A stretch of 64,000 nucleotides of DNA from Bacteroidales bacterium (GCA_036743455.1 DAINPM010000006.1:11187-75186), one strand, 5' to 3'. Shown: positions 47,701-57,762, counted from the first letter of the stretch. Notes: a model not told the origin generated them from the letters alone. Translations and numbers: made by a program.

Positions 47701-50700
47701 ATGGAAGAAAACGACCAGATAAGTCCCGAATATCACCGATTGATGCACGAGCAGCATGAACGTTTAAAAGAGCTGAGCTGTATCAATCAGACCACTTATA
47801 TATTAAAAGAAGGGAAGCCTCTGGAAGAAACCCTTCAGCAGATAGTGCTGCTTTTGCCAGCAGCCTGGCAATATCCCAAATATACTGTAGCCAGGATAGT
47901 ATATCTCGATAAAGCTTTTGAAACACCCGGTTTCCGTGAAACACGGTGGATGATGAGACAGGAATTCAGTACTATTGATAATGAAGACGGATGTATTGAA
48001 ATATGTTATACCCGTGAATTTAACAAAGAAGAAGAAGGTCCTTTTCTTAAGGAAGAGAGAGATCTTATCCAGAATATCGCAGGGCTTATCACCGGTTATA
48101 TAAACAGTGCAAAAGCCAGGGATATTATTCTGAGCAGACAGGTTTCCGTTGAAGAGGAGGAAGATTTGCGGGAAGTGTCAAGCAGAAAATTATTACAGAG
48201 ATTTCTTGAGCGTCATAATGCAGAAAGAGATGTTTTTCACGATCTGCAGCCCTTCAAGGTTAAGGAAATACTGTTGGTTGCAAACCTGTACGATGCTTAT
48301 TCCATTGAAGGTGAAGGCCGCTTTGCTGATCATATGCTGGGTGAGTATTACCAGCTGAGCCTTACATCTCTTCCAAGGGTGACAGGAGTGTCTAACGAGG
48401 AAGAAGCTTTTAACCGGTTGAAAGCCATGCATTATGACATGGTTATCATTATGGTGGGAGTACATAAGGAAGGGCCGGTTGAAATGTGTAAAAAGATAAA
48501 GGACAAATATCCTTACATGCCGGCTTTTATGCTGTTGAATAATCCTGCTCACGTTCCATGGATAAAGCAACAAAAAGAATCAGGGGTTCCAATAGATAAT
48601 TATTTTGTGTGGACAGGAGAATCAAAAGTTTTCTTTGCCATGGTCAATCTTCTCGAAGACAGAGTGAATATTGATAATGATACAAAAAAAGGTTTGATAG
48701 GAGTGATACTCCTTGTTGAAGATTCCCCCGAATATTATTCAAGTTATCTGCCCATGCTCTATACTCTTGTTATGGAGCAAACCAGAAATCTTATTGAAGA
48801 GGTGTCTGCTGATGAATTGTTTAAAGTACTGAAACTGAAGACGCGTCCGAAAATAATACTGGCTTCCAATTATGAGGATGCCATAACCGTACTTAATAAA
48901 TACGAAAATAATCTGCTGTGTGTGATTTCCGATATCCGTTTCCCAAGAAATGGGAAAATTGAAGAAACAGCAGGCTATGAACTCCTCAGGCATATTAAAG
49001 AGCTGATTCCTAATCTGCCTACAGTACTGCAATCCTCTGAACCTGAAAATGCAAAATATGCTTATTCGCTGAAATCAAATTTCATAAACAAGAATTCGGA
49101 GAGTCTGATGAAGGATTTGAAATCATTCATCAATTATTATCTTGGTTTTGGCCATTTTGTCTACCGTGATGACAAAGGACGTCAGATAGCTGTTGCCAAA
49201 TCAATGAAAGAGTTTGAGGCATACCTTGAAACAGTGCCCGAAGATTCTCTTGAATATCATGCCCTGAGAAATCATTTTTCCCTGTGGCTTATGGCCAGAG
49301 GGGAAGTCAAGATAGCCAGACAGATCAATCCCCTCAGAGTCTCGGAATTTAAAAATCTCAGCGAACTGAGAGAATATCTGCTGAATCTTATCCGACAGAG
49401 ACGACGTGAGATGAACAAAGGCCGGGTAATAAATTTTGAGGAATCAGCAATTATTGATGATACCAATGTGATAAGCCTTTCGAGTGGATCACTGGGAGGC
49501 AAAGGACGAGGTCTCGCCTTTATCAATACCCTGGTCAACAGCTTTGAGCTTGGTCGCCTGCTGCCCGGAATAAATATCAGAACTCCGGTTACTGCAATTA
49601 TCGGTACCGATGAATTCGATATGTTCATGGAACGTAATCATCTGTGGGATGTTATTAAAAAAGAAAAAGATTATACAATACTCCAGGATTATTTTCTTCA
49701 GGCAAGGCTTAGTTATACTCTCGAAAAAGAACTCAGGATATATCTTAAACAAATACATAAACCAATAGCTGTAAGGTCGTCAAGTCTGTTTGAAGATTCA
49801 ATGAATCAGCCTTTCTCGGGAGTTTTCGGGACCTACCTTCTGCCAAATAACCATCCGGATCCGGAGGTCAGGCTGCGACAGCTGTCAACAGCAGTAAAAC
49901 TTGTTTTTTCATCCATATATTCAAAGAGTTCAAGAACATTTTTTGAGGCAATTAATTATAAAATTGAACTTGAGAAAATGGCTGTCGTAATCCAGGAGGT
50001 TGTCGGGAACCGGTTTGGAGATTATTTCTATCCTCATATCAGTGGTACTGCCCAGTCACATAATTTTTATCCTGTATCGCACATGACTCCTGAAGATGGT
50101 ATAGCTGTAATGGCTGTGGGTCTGGGACATTATGTGGCAGAAGGGGAGAGGGCTTTCAGGTTTTCTCCTTCATATCCGAGGATGGATATAATATCACAGC
50201 AGGACATATATAAAAATTCACAGGTAAATTTTTATGCCGTTGACCTGAAAAATGAAGATCTGAATCTCCTGGACGGCGAAAAGGCAGGAATGGTTTCCCT
50301 TAATATAAGTGAAGCCGAGAAATATGGGACATTGAATCATGTAGCTTCAGTAATGGATATCGAAAACGACACCATTATACCAGGGCTTGACAGGGCTGGT
50401 CCCAGGGTGATCAATTTTGCGGACATCCTGAAATATGACTATATCCCCCTGTCATCCACATTGAAAACAGTGCTTGATGTAGTGGCTGAAGCTACAGCAA
50501 ACCCGTCAGAGATAGAATTTGCTGTTGATCTGACAAAAGATGATACAGGGAAAGCTACATTTTATCTTCTTCAGATTAAGCCTCTTGTTGGTAGCGGAGC
50601 AGGATACAGTATTGACATGAATAGTATCAGTGAAGACAAAATGATATTGCGGGCCAACAAAAGTATGGGTAACGGGAAAATAGATAATATTACGGATCTT

Positions 50701-51153
50701 ATATATGCAGATCCTGAAACATTTGACAATCTTTCTACTGCTGAAATGGCTGAGGAGATAGATAAACTGAATGATAAAATGCTCAGGGAAGACAGACATT
50801 ATGTACTGATAGGTCCGGGCAGATGGGGAACGAGGGATAAATTCCTGGGAATACCTGTTTCATGGCCGCAGATATCAAATGCAAAGGTGATTGTGGAAGT
50901 GGAGATACCCGGGTTTTTTCTGGATGCATCACTTGGTTCACACTTTTTCCATAATGTAACCTCAATGCAGGTTGGATATTTTACTATCGACCAGATGACT
51001 AACGGAGGTTTCATAAAATGGGATAAAATAAAGAAACAGAGAATTGTTGAAAAAGGACGCTTTGTAAGTCATATCCGCTTTGATAAACCACTGGATATCC
51101 GTATGGATGGTAAAAAGGGTATGGCAGTAATCTTAAATGAACAAAATAAATAA
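47701..51153 (+). CDS. GAF-like / receiver / PEP-synthase-type ATP-grasp / putative phospho-His domain protein, paralogue A
   Basis: LLVEDS..VISDI..LQSS..FINK receiver; GGKGRGL, AVRSSS..ED, IQEVVG and EIEFA..LQIKP ATP-grasp; C-terminal GPGRWG..LGSHFFHN. Confidence 0.85.
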   Translation: MEENDQISPEYHRLMHEQHERLKELSCINQTTYILKEGKPLEETLQQIVLLLPAAWQYPKYTVARIVYLDKAFETPGFRETRWMMRQEFSTIDNEDGCIEICYTREFNKEEEGPFLKEERDLIQNIAGLITGYINSAKARDIILSRQVSVEEEEDLREVSSRKLLQRFLERHNAERDVFHDLQPFKVKEILLVANLYDAYSIEGEGRFADHMLGEYYQLSLTSLPRVTGVSNEEEAFNRLKAMHYDMVIIMVGVHKEGPVEMCKKIKDKYPYMPAFMLLNNPAHVPWIKQQKESGVPIDNYFVWTGESKVFFAMVNLLEDRVNIDNDTKKGLIGVILLVEDSPEYYSSYLPMLYTLVMEQTRNLIEEVSADELFKVLKLKTRPKIILASNYEDAITVLNKYENNLLCVISDIRFPRNGKIEETAGYELLRHIKELIPNLPTVLQSSEPENAKYAYSLKSNFINKNSESLMKDLKSFINYYLGFGHFVYRDDKGRQIAVAKSMKEFEAYLETVPEDSLEYHALRNHFSLWLMARGEVKIARQINPLRVSEFKNLSELREYLLNLIRQRRREMNKGRVINFEESAIIDDTNVISLSSGSLGGKGRGLAFINTLVNSFELGRLLPGINIRTPVTAIIGTDEFDMFMERNHLWDVIKKEKDYTILQDYFLQARLSYTLEKELRIYLKQIHKPIAVRSSSLFEDSMNQPFSGVFGTYLLPNNHPDPEVRLRQLSTAVKLVFSSIYSKSSRTFFEAINYKIELEKMAVVIQEVVGNRFGDYFYPHISGTAQSHNFYPVSHMTPEDGIAVMAVGLGHYVAEGERAFRFSPSYPRMDIISQQDIYKNSQVNFYAVDLKNEDLNLLDGEKAGMVSLNISEAEKYGTLNHVASVMDIENDTIIPGLDRAGPRVINFADILKYDYIPLSSTLKTVLDVVAEATANPSEIEFAVDLTKDDTGKATFYLLQIKPLVGSGAGYSIDMNSISEDKMILRANKSMGNGKIDNITDLIYADPETFDNLSTAEMAEEIDKLNDKMLREDRHYVLIGPGRWGTRDKFLGIPVSWPQISNAKVIVEVEIPGFFLDASLGSHFFHNVTSMQVGYFTIDQMTNGGFIKWDKIKKQRIVEKGRFVSHIRFDKPLDIRMDGKKGMAVILNEQNK

Positions 51154-54134
51154 TGCCTTACGATCTGCTGGAATTGGAAGGAATATCTGATCTTCAGAAA
51201 TATGATTTTGCGGATACATCTTTTAATCTGCTGATGCAGAAGAGAATCCGCCGTGTACTTATAATCTGCAGTAATTACGATTATTTTATGCTTGAAGAAG
51301 ACGGCCGGATTGATGAACAGATTTTTAATGAATATGTTTCACTAAATCTGCGTTATCCTCCATATTTTGTTCAGACAGATAATGAAACAGATGCTTTCGG
51401 TGCACTGAGGGAAGATAATATAGATCTTGTTATTATAATGCTGAGTCACAAGGGAAGGGATATTTTTGCTCTCGCTAAAAGGATAAAGGAAAAATATCCA
51501 AGAATTCCCATTGTTGTCCTTACATATTTTACCCGTGAAGTCTCATTGCGTCTTGAAGGTGAAGACATGAGTGCTATTGATTATGTCTTCTGCTGGCTTG
51601 GAGAGGCATCCCTTATACTTGCAATAATCAAACTTATTGAAGATAATATGAATGCCGAACACGATATTGACACAGGTGTTCAGGCAATTATTCTGGTCGA
51701 AAATTCAATAAGATATATTTCATCATATCTCCCTGAGATATACCGGATAGTGTTGATGCAGTCACTTGACTTTCAGCGTGAAGCGCTAAATGAGCAGCAG
51801 CGTATGCTGAAGATGAGAGGGCGTCCCAAGATCCTTCTTGCAAAAAACTTCAATGATGCTGTCGATTTGTACAGGAAATATAAATACAATGTACTGGGCG
51901 TTATCTCCGATATAAGTTACAAAAGAGACGATGTACAGGATGAGAATGCAGGATTTGAGCTATGCGAAATGATAATGGCGGAAGATGACCAGGTCCCGAT
52001 CCTGCTCCAGTCGTCAAATCTTAAACATAAAAAGAGAGCCGAGGAAGCAGGTGCGGCATTCATACATAAATATTCCAGATCCTTATCCCTGGAACTGCGT
52101 AATTTTATTATCCAGTATCTTGCTTTTGGGCCTTTTGTATTCAGAAATCCTGAAACAATGGAACCCATCACCATGGCTACCGACCTGCAAAGTCTTCAAC
52201 AGAAGCTTCTTACAATACCTGACAACTGTCTTGAGTTCCATGCTTCACACAATCATTTTTCCAAATGGCTTAATGCCCGTGCTCTTTTCCCTGTCGCCCA
52301 GATGTTCAAGTATATAAGAAAAGAAGATTTTGCATCGCTGGATGAAATGCGGCGTTTCCTTTATGTTGCCATTTCAAGTTACAGGCTGGGTAAAGGCAGA
52401 GGAATAATAGCCAAATTCGACAAAACCAGCTTTGACGAGTATCAGATATTTTCACGTATTGGAGAAGGATCAATCGGAGGAAAGGCAAGAGGTCTTGCAT
52501 TTATTAACAGGATTATTAAGAGCCAGAGTCTGTTTAATAAGTTCCCCGGCGTACTTATAACTATTCCCCGTACTGTTGTACTGGGGACAGATATCTTTGA
52601 TGAATTCATGGAGAACAATAATCTCTACCATGTAGCATCTTCCGATCTGTCCGATGAGGAAATATTACAGAAATTCCTTGCAGCGGAACTTCCGGGAAGA
52701 GTGTATCAGGATTTTTATGCATATTTTGCCGTATCCAAAAATCATCCCATTGCAGTGAGATCTTCCAGTAAGCTTGAAGATTCACATTATCAACCTTTTG
52801 CAGGAGTGTATTCGACATATATGATACCCCGGCTGGAAGATAACAAGCTTATGGTTAAAGTGCTGTCGGATGCAATAAAGGAAGTATATGCCTCAGTTTA
52901 CTATAAGGCAAGTAAGGCATATATGACAGCTACTTCCAATGTCCTTGACGAAGAGAAAATGGGTATTATTCTTCAGGAGGTATGCGGAAACAGACATGGC
53001 AATATATTTTATCCGACATTCTCAGGAGTTGCACGCTCAATAAACTATTATCCCATAGGTTCGGAAAAAGCTGAAGATGGTATAGCCAATGTGGCTTTTG
53101 GACTTGGGAAACTGATCGTTGAAGGTGGGATGTCATTGAGATTCTGTCCGAAAATTCCAAAAAAAATACTGCAGTTATCTTCTCCCGAAACAGCATTACG
53201 CGATACTCAGAAAGTGTTCCGTGCACTCGATCTGAATATTGATAGTTTTGTTCCATCAACAGACGATGGAATAAATATTCCGGTTATAGATATAAAGGAT
53301 GCCGGTAATGATAAAGCCATGAAGCTTCTTGCCTCCACTTATGACAGGACAAACAATATACTGCGTGACGGAACAGGACAATCAGGGCAGAGAGTGATCT
53401 CTTTTGCAGGAGTGCTGCAGCATAAAGCTTTCCCTCTTTCGGAGATACTCGTTACTCTGCTTGAACTGGGGCAGAAAGAGATGAATAATCCCATAGAGAT
53501 TGAATTTGCAGTTAATCTGGAGACAGCTCCGGGCACCCCGAAAGTATTTAATTTCCTGCAGATAAGACCTGTTGTACAAGCAGATATGATTCGCAGTGTT
53601 GATATCGACAAGGTCAGATCAGAAGATTGTATCCTTCTTTCCGAATCAGCCCTTGGTAACGGAGCCTTTAAAGGGATAAACGATGTGGTTTATGTAAAAC
53701 CGGATTCTTTTAATCCGGCAGATACGAAGAATATTGCTGTCATTATTGACAACCTTAATACCTCTTTTGTCAATAATGGTATTGGTTATGTGCTTATAGG
53801 TCCTGGCAGATGGGGATCTGCTGACCCCTGGCTTGGGATCCCTGTCAAGTGGGTGCATATATCTGCTGCCCGTATCATCATTGAGTCAGGACTGGCTAAT
53901 TACCGTATTGACCCCAGTCAGGGCACTCATTTTTTCCAGAATCTTACATCCTTCGGTGTAGGTTATATGACTTTGAATCCCTATATAAATGATGGTTTCT
54001 ATGATGTAAGTTATCTCGATAATATGCCTGCGGTATATGAAGATACATTCATCCGGCATGTGAGATTTAATAAACCCCTTGAAATCATTATAGATGGGAG
54101 AAAACATAAAGGGGTTATAATAAAACCATCTTAG
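51153..54134 (+). CDS. Receiver / PEP-synthase-type ATP-grasp / putative phospho-His domain protein, paralogue B
   Basis: Collinear with paralogue A: VISDI, GGKARGL, AVRSSSKLED, EIEFA..LQIRP and GPGRWG..SQGTHFFQN. Confidence 0.85.
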   Translation: MPYDLLELEGISDLQKYDFADTSFNLLMQKRIRRVLIICSNYDYFMLEEDGRIDEQIFNEYVSLNLRYPPYFVQTDNETDAFGALREDNIDLVIIMLSHKGRDIFALAKRIKEKYPRIPIVVLTYFTREVSLRLEGEDMSAIDYVFCWLGEASLILAIIKLIEDNMNAEHDIDTGVQAIILVENSIRYISSYLPEIYRIVLMQSLDFQREALNEQQRMLKMRGRPKILLAKNFNDAVDLYRKYKYNVLGVISDISYKRDDVQDENAGFELCEMIMAEDDQVPILLQSSNLKHKKRAEEAGAAFIHKYSRSLSLELRNFIIQYLAFGPFVFRNPETMEPITMATDLQSLQQKLLTIPDNCLEFHASHNHFSKWLNARALFPVAQMFKYIRKEDFASLDEMRRFLYVAISSYRLGKGRGIIAKFDKTSFDEYQIFSRIGEGSIGGKARGLAFINRIIKSQSLFNKFPGVLITIPRTVVLGTDIFDEFMENNNLYHVASSDLSDEEILQKFLAAELPGRVYQDFYAYFAVSKNHPIAVRSSSKLEDSHYQPFAGVYSTYMIPRLEDNKLMVKVLSDAIKEVYASVYYKASKAYMTATSNVLDEEKMGIILQEVCGNRHGNIFYPTFSGVARSINYYPIGSEKAEDGIANVAFGLGKLIVEGGMSLRFCPKIPKKILQLSSPETALRDTQKVFRALDLNIDSFVPSTDDGINIPVIDIKDAGNDKAMKLLASTYDRTNNILRDGTGQSGQRVISFAGVLQHKAFPLSEILVTLLELGQKEMNNPIEIEFAVNLETAPGTPKVFNFLQIRPVVQADMIRSVDIDKVRSEDCILLSESALGNGAFKGINDVVYVKPDSFNPADTKNIAVIIDNLNTSFVNNGIGYVLIGPGRWGSADPWLGIPVKWVHISAARIIIESGLANYRIDPSQGTHFFQNLTSFGVGYMTLNPYINDGFYDVSYLDNMPAVYEDTFIRHVRFNKPLEIIIDGRKHKGVIIKPS

Positions 54135-55012
54135 ACAGGGACACTTCCTACGGAAACATCACTGTTTATTTTTCTTATCAGTCCCTGTAACACTGAGCCG
54201 GGTCCTGCTTCTGTGAAAGATGTTGCTCCGTCTCTGATCATATTGATCACACTCTGTGTCCATAGAACCGGAGAAGTAAGCTGTGTTCGCAGATTCTGTT
54301 TAATAAGCTCAGGATCGTCTGAGGGCCTGGCTGTAGCATTTTGATATACAGGGCAAAAAGGCTTTCTGAAAGTTGTGGAACTGATGGCAGTATCCAGTTC
54401 TTTTCCGGCCGGTTCCATCAGAGGTGAGTGAAAGGCGCCTCCCACAGATAGTTTGATGATTCTTTTAATTCCCTGGGCTTTGAGGCTCTCCATAGCCATA
54501 TCAATGCCCTTCAGTGTGCCGGATATTACTATCTGTCCGGGGCTGTTGTAATTAGCAGGTATAACAAGTTCATTTATCTCAGAACAGATTTTTTCAACGA
54601 GATTATCATCAGCACCAATCACTGCTGCCATAGCTGAAGGATTCTCTTCACATGCTTTTTGCATGGCTACTGCTCTTTTTGAAACAAGGATAAGCCCTTC
54701 TTCAAAAAGAAGTGTTTCGTTGGCTACCAGTGCAGAGAACTCACCCAGAGAATGTCCGGCAACCATATCCGGTCGGCTGTCAGTGACAGCAAGAGAAGCA
54801 AGGATAGTTGAATACAAAAAAACTGCAGGCTGCGTTACTTTTGTCTGCTTAAGCTCTTCTTCCGTCCCTGAAAACATAATATCCGTTATTCCAAATCCCA
54901 GGATGTCATCCGCCTTTTTGAACATAGCCCTGGCAGCAGGATATTTATCGTAAAGATCTTTTCCCATACCCGGATACTGAGCTCCCTGTCCGGGGAAAAC
55001 ATAAGCCTTCAT
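54131..55012 (-). CDS. fabD: Malonyl-CoA:ACP transacylase
   Basis: FPGQGAQ, TQPA, GHSLGE and GAFHS. Confidence 0.97.
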   Translation of the reverse strand: MKAYVFPGQGAQYPGMGKDLYDKYPAARAMFKKADDILGFGITDIMFSGTEEELKQTKVTQPAVFLYSTILASLAVTDSRPDMVAGHSLGEFSALVANETLLFEEGLILVSKRAVAMQKACEENPSAMAAVIGADDNLVEKICSEINELVIPANYNSPGQIVISGTLKGIDMAMESLKAQGIKRIIKLSVGGAFHSPLMEPAGKELDTAISSTTFRKPFCPVYQNATARPSDDPELIKQNLRTQLTSPVLWTQSVINMIRDGATSFTEAGPGSVLQGLIRKINSDVSVGSVPV

Positions 55013-55013
55013 A

Positions 55014-55661
55014 TTAATGTAATTTTGAGCCTATAAGATGAATAAACTCTTCTCTTGTATTCAAATTTTTAAGAAAGATGCCGGTGAAAGCTGAAGTGGT
55101 TGTTACAGAGTTTTGTTTTTGTACTCCCCGTATCTGCATACACATATGCTGTGCCTCAATGACAACGGCAACACCCATAGGATGGAGACATTCTTCTATA
55201 CAATCCCTTATCTGGGTTGTCAGTCTTTCCTGTACCTGAAGCCTGCGGCTGAAAGCTTCCACAACACGCGCTATCTTACTTAAACCGGTAATATGTCCGT
55301 TCGGGATGTATGCAACATGTGCTTTGCCAAAAAATGGCAGCATGTGATGTTCACACATCGAATAGATATCTATGTCTTTTACCAGAACCATCTGGCTGTA
55401 TGCTTCCGTGAATTTGGCTGAATTGATAATCTCACACGGATCCAATGAGTAACCCTTGGTAAGAAAAAGAATGGCCTTGGCAACTCTTTCGGGAGTCTTG
55501 ATGAGTCCTTCGCGGTCAGGATCCTCCCCAATTAAATCCAGAACACGGTGATAAACAGATGACAATTCTTTCACACTTTCTTTATCCCATTTTTCTATAT
55601 TACTGTAGCCATTGCGCAGGCTTTGTTCTGTCCCTTTTTTCTTTTCTTTCTTGTTAACCAT
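55014..55661 (-). CDS. folE: GTP cyclohydrolase I
   Basis: [23 protein letters not shown] and HMCM..RG. Start placed at the ATG at 55661. Confidence 0.97.
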   Translation of the reverse strand: MVNKKEKKKGTEQSLRNGYSNIEKWDKESVKELSSVYHRVLDLIGEDPDREGLIKTPERVAKAILFLTKGYSLDPCEIINSAKFTEAYSQMVLVKDIDIYSMCEHHMLPFFGKAHVAYIPNGHITGLSKIARVVEAFSRRLQVQERLTTQIRDCIEECLHPMGVAVVIEAQHMCMQIRGVQKQNSVTTTSAFTGIFLKNLNTREEFIHLIGSKLH

Positions 55662-56064
55662 AATATTCAACTGAATTATTTTCTGTTTCTTTTACCCTGA
55701 TACAATGCAATGATGCCCCTTCTTTTTCAACAGGTCCTTTAAGCTCATCCCAGATGGCTGCGACAAGGTTTTCTGTAGTAGCTATTTTACCTTTCATGAA
55801 ATCTACCTCAAGATTCATATTTTTATGATCGAGCTTGTTGATTACATTTTTGTGAATGATCTCCTTCAAAATATCCATTTTTATTACACATCCATGATCC
55901 TCAGATATTTCTCCTTTAACCGTTACGAATAATTCGTAATTATGTCCATGCCAGTGAGGATTTGAACATTTCCCAAAAATTTTCAGATTCTGTTCATCTT
56001 TCCATTCTTGTCTGTATATTCTGTGCGCTGCACTGAATCTTTCTCTCCGGGTAAGATAGATCAT
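55654..56064 (-). CDS. 6-pyruvoyl-tetrahydropterin synthase family (COG0720) with a C-X5-HGH motif
   Basis: [29 protein letters not shown] and ETENN. Confidence 0.9.
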   Translation of the reverse strand: MIYLTRRERFSAAHRIYRQEWKDEQNLKIFGKCSNPHWHGHNYELFVTVKGEISEDHGCVIKMDILKEIIHKNVINKLDHKNMNLEVDFMKGKIATTENLVAAIWDELKGPVEKEGASLHCIRVKETENNSVEYYG

Positions 56065-56222
56065 AAAGCACTACTTTTATTACTGCAATATTAGCCAATA
56101 AAAATAAGGATTTATACTCTTTCTATGATATATTTACATCATTAAAAGGACATGAACATTTTGTAAGGTTTCTGTTTTTGATACCTTTTACAGGGAAATA
56201 TTATGACTGAAATGTATTTAAA

Positions 56223-56900
56223 GTGAAGAAAATATTATTTGTAGCTGCTACTGCCGATGAGGCTGATATTGTAAAAAAAATCCCCTCACTCAGAAGCTCC
56301 TGGGATGGCTTTTATCTCGGGGATTCAGTAATAAATACCCTGGTGACAGGTGTCGGCTCCGTCGCTACATCGTGGTCCCTGACCAAATGGTTTTGTTCCA
56401 ATGATACTCCTGATCTGGTCATAAATATAGGTATAGCCGGCAGCTTTAACAGAGATATCCCGATAGGTGCAGTAGTTGTTCCGGTATCAGACTGTTTTGC
56501 CGATGCAGGGATAGAATCGGAAGACAGGTTTTTTACCCTTGCAGAAGCCGGTTTACAGAAATCTGACAGCTTCCCTTTCAAAGACGGAAAGATTTTATTT
56601 AACAGTGAATACATAGACAAGATTCCCGGATCCCTGAGGAAAGTTAAAGCTGTTACGGTCAATATGGCAACAGGTTCAGTGCCCACAGCGGCAAAGATAC
56701 AGGAGAGATATAAAGCCGATATTGAATCAATGGAAGGAGCAGCTTTTGCTTTTGTCTGCAGTAGTGAAAAAGTTAATTTTATGGCACTGAGATCCATCTC
56801 AAATTATGTTGGACCAAGGCAGAAAGAGAAATGGGATATTGGTCTGGCTTTGGAAAATCTGTCGGAGACAATTAAATCCTTTCTTTCAGTATTATCCTGA
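56223..56900 (+). CDS. mqnB: Futalosine hydrolase
   Basis: VAAT..E, INIGIAGSF, TVN..TG and ESMEGAAF..VC..RSISNYV; adjacent to mqnD. Confidence 0.85.
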   Translation: MKKILFVAATADEADIVKKIPSLRSSWDGFYLGDSVINTLVTGVGSVATSWSLTKWFCSNDTPDLVINIGIAGSFNRDIPIGAVVVPVSDCFADAGIESEDRFFTLAEAGLQKSDSFPFKDGKILFNSEYIDKIPGSLRKVKAVTVNMATGSVPTAAKIQERYKADIESMEGAAFAFVCSSEKVNFMALRSISNYVGPRQKEKWDIGLALENLSETIKSFLSVLS

Positions 56901-56904
56901 CATT

Positions 56905-57762
56905 ATGAAACTGACACTTGGTTTTTCTCCCTGTCCTAATGACACTTTCATCTTTGATGCAATGGTTCATTACAAAACAGCCACTGAAGGTATTGAATTC
57001 GAATACATTCTTGCCGATGTTGAGGAACTGAACAGGAAAGCTTTTAAGGGAGAACTGGATATTACAAAACTAAGCTGTTTTGCTTATGCTTATGCCTCTG
57101 CCCGCTATCTGATAATGGATTCGGGCAGTGCTCTGGGACGTGGGAACGGACCTCTTCTCATAAGTAAGTACAAAATGGAGACAGATGATCTCAAATTTGC
57201 CAGAATTGCCATACCGGGTAAATATACGACGGCAAATATGTTGTTGGGTATAGCATGGCCAGAAGCTCAGAATAAAAAAGAATATCTTTTTTCCGAAATA
57301 GAAAATGCAGTACTTAATGAAGAAGTTGATGCCGGACTGATTATTCATGAAAGCAGGTTTACCTATCAGGAAAAAGGCTTATCAATGCTGGCAGATATGG
57401 GAGCTATATGGGAAAAGCTTTCAGGAGTACCGGTGCCTCTTGGCACAATTGCAATTAACAGAAGAATACCCCTGGGTACTGCTCTGAAAGTGAACAGAAT
57501 CCTTGGTAAAAGTGTTGAATTTGCTCTGAATAATCCGCTTTCATCACTGGATTTTGTTTCAAAAAATGCCAAAGAGCTTGGCAGAGAAGTGATAAATAAA
57601 CACATTGATCTCTTTGTCAATGATTATACCAGGGATCTTGGAAAAGAAGGACGAAATGCTCTTACTGAATTATACCGTCTTGCCGGTGAGAGAAATATCA
57701 TTCCCGCTATGCCCGAACGCATTTTTCTCACCAACGGGCAGCAGGTGAGTGACCCCAGCTGA
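56905..57762 (+). CDS. mqnD: 1,4-dihydroxy-6-naphthoate synthase
   Basis: LGFSPCPNDTFIF, SALGRGNGP, PGKYTTA and IIHE.RFTY. Start moved to the ATG at 56905. Confidence 0.93.
   Translation: MKLTLGFSPCPNDTFIFDAMVHYKTATEGIEFEYILADVEELNRKAFKGELDITKLSCFAYAYASARYLIMDSGSALGRGNGPLLISKYKMETDDLKFARIAIPGKYTTANMLLGIAWPEAQNKKEYLFSEIENAVLNEEVDAGLIIHESRFTYQEKGLSMLADMGAIWEKLSGVPVPLGTIAINRRIPLGTALKVNRILGKSVEFALNNPLSSLDFVSKNAKELGREVINKHIDLFVNDYTRDLGKEGRNALTELYRLAGERNIIPAMPERIFLTNGQQVSDPS

Noticed and set aside
47701-54134. Annotation as phosphoenolpyruvate synthase / PPDK
   Set aside because: Neither paralogue has the C-terminal pyruvate/PEP-binding TIM barrel, and the receiver domains point to another role.
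56065-56222. preQ1 or folate riboswitch upstream of the PTPS/folE genes
   Set aside because: The region is AT-rich with no pseudoknot stem or consensus, and the probable leader is very short.
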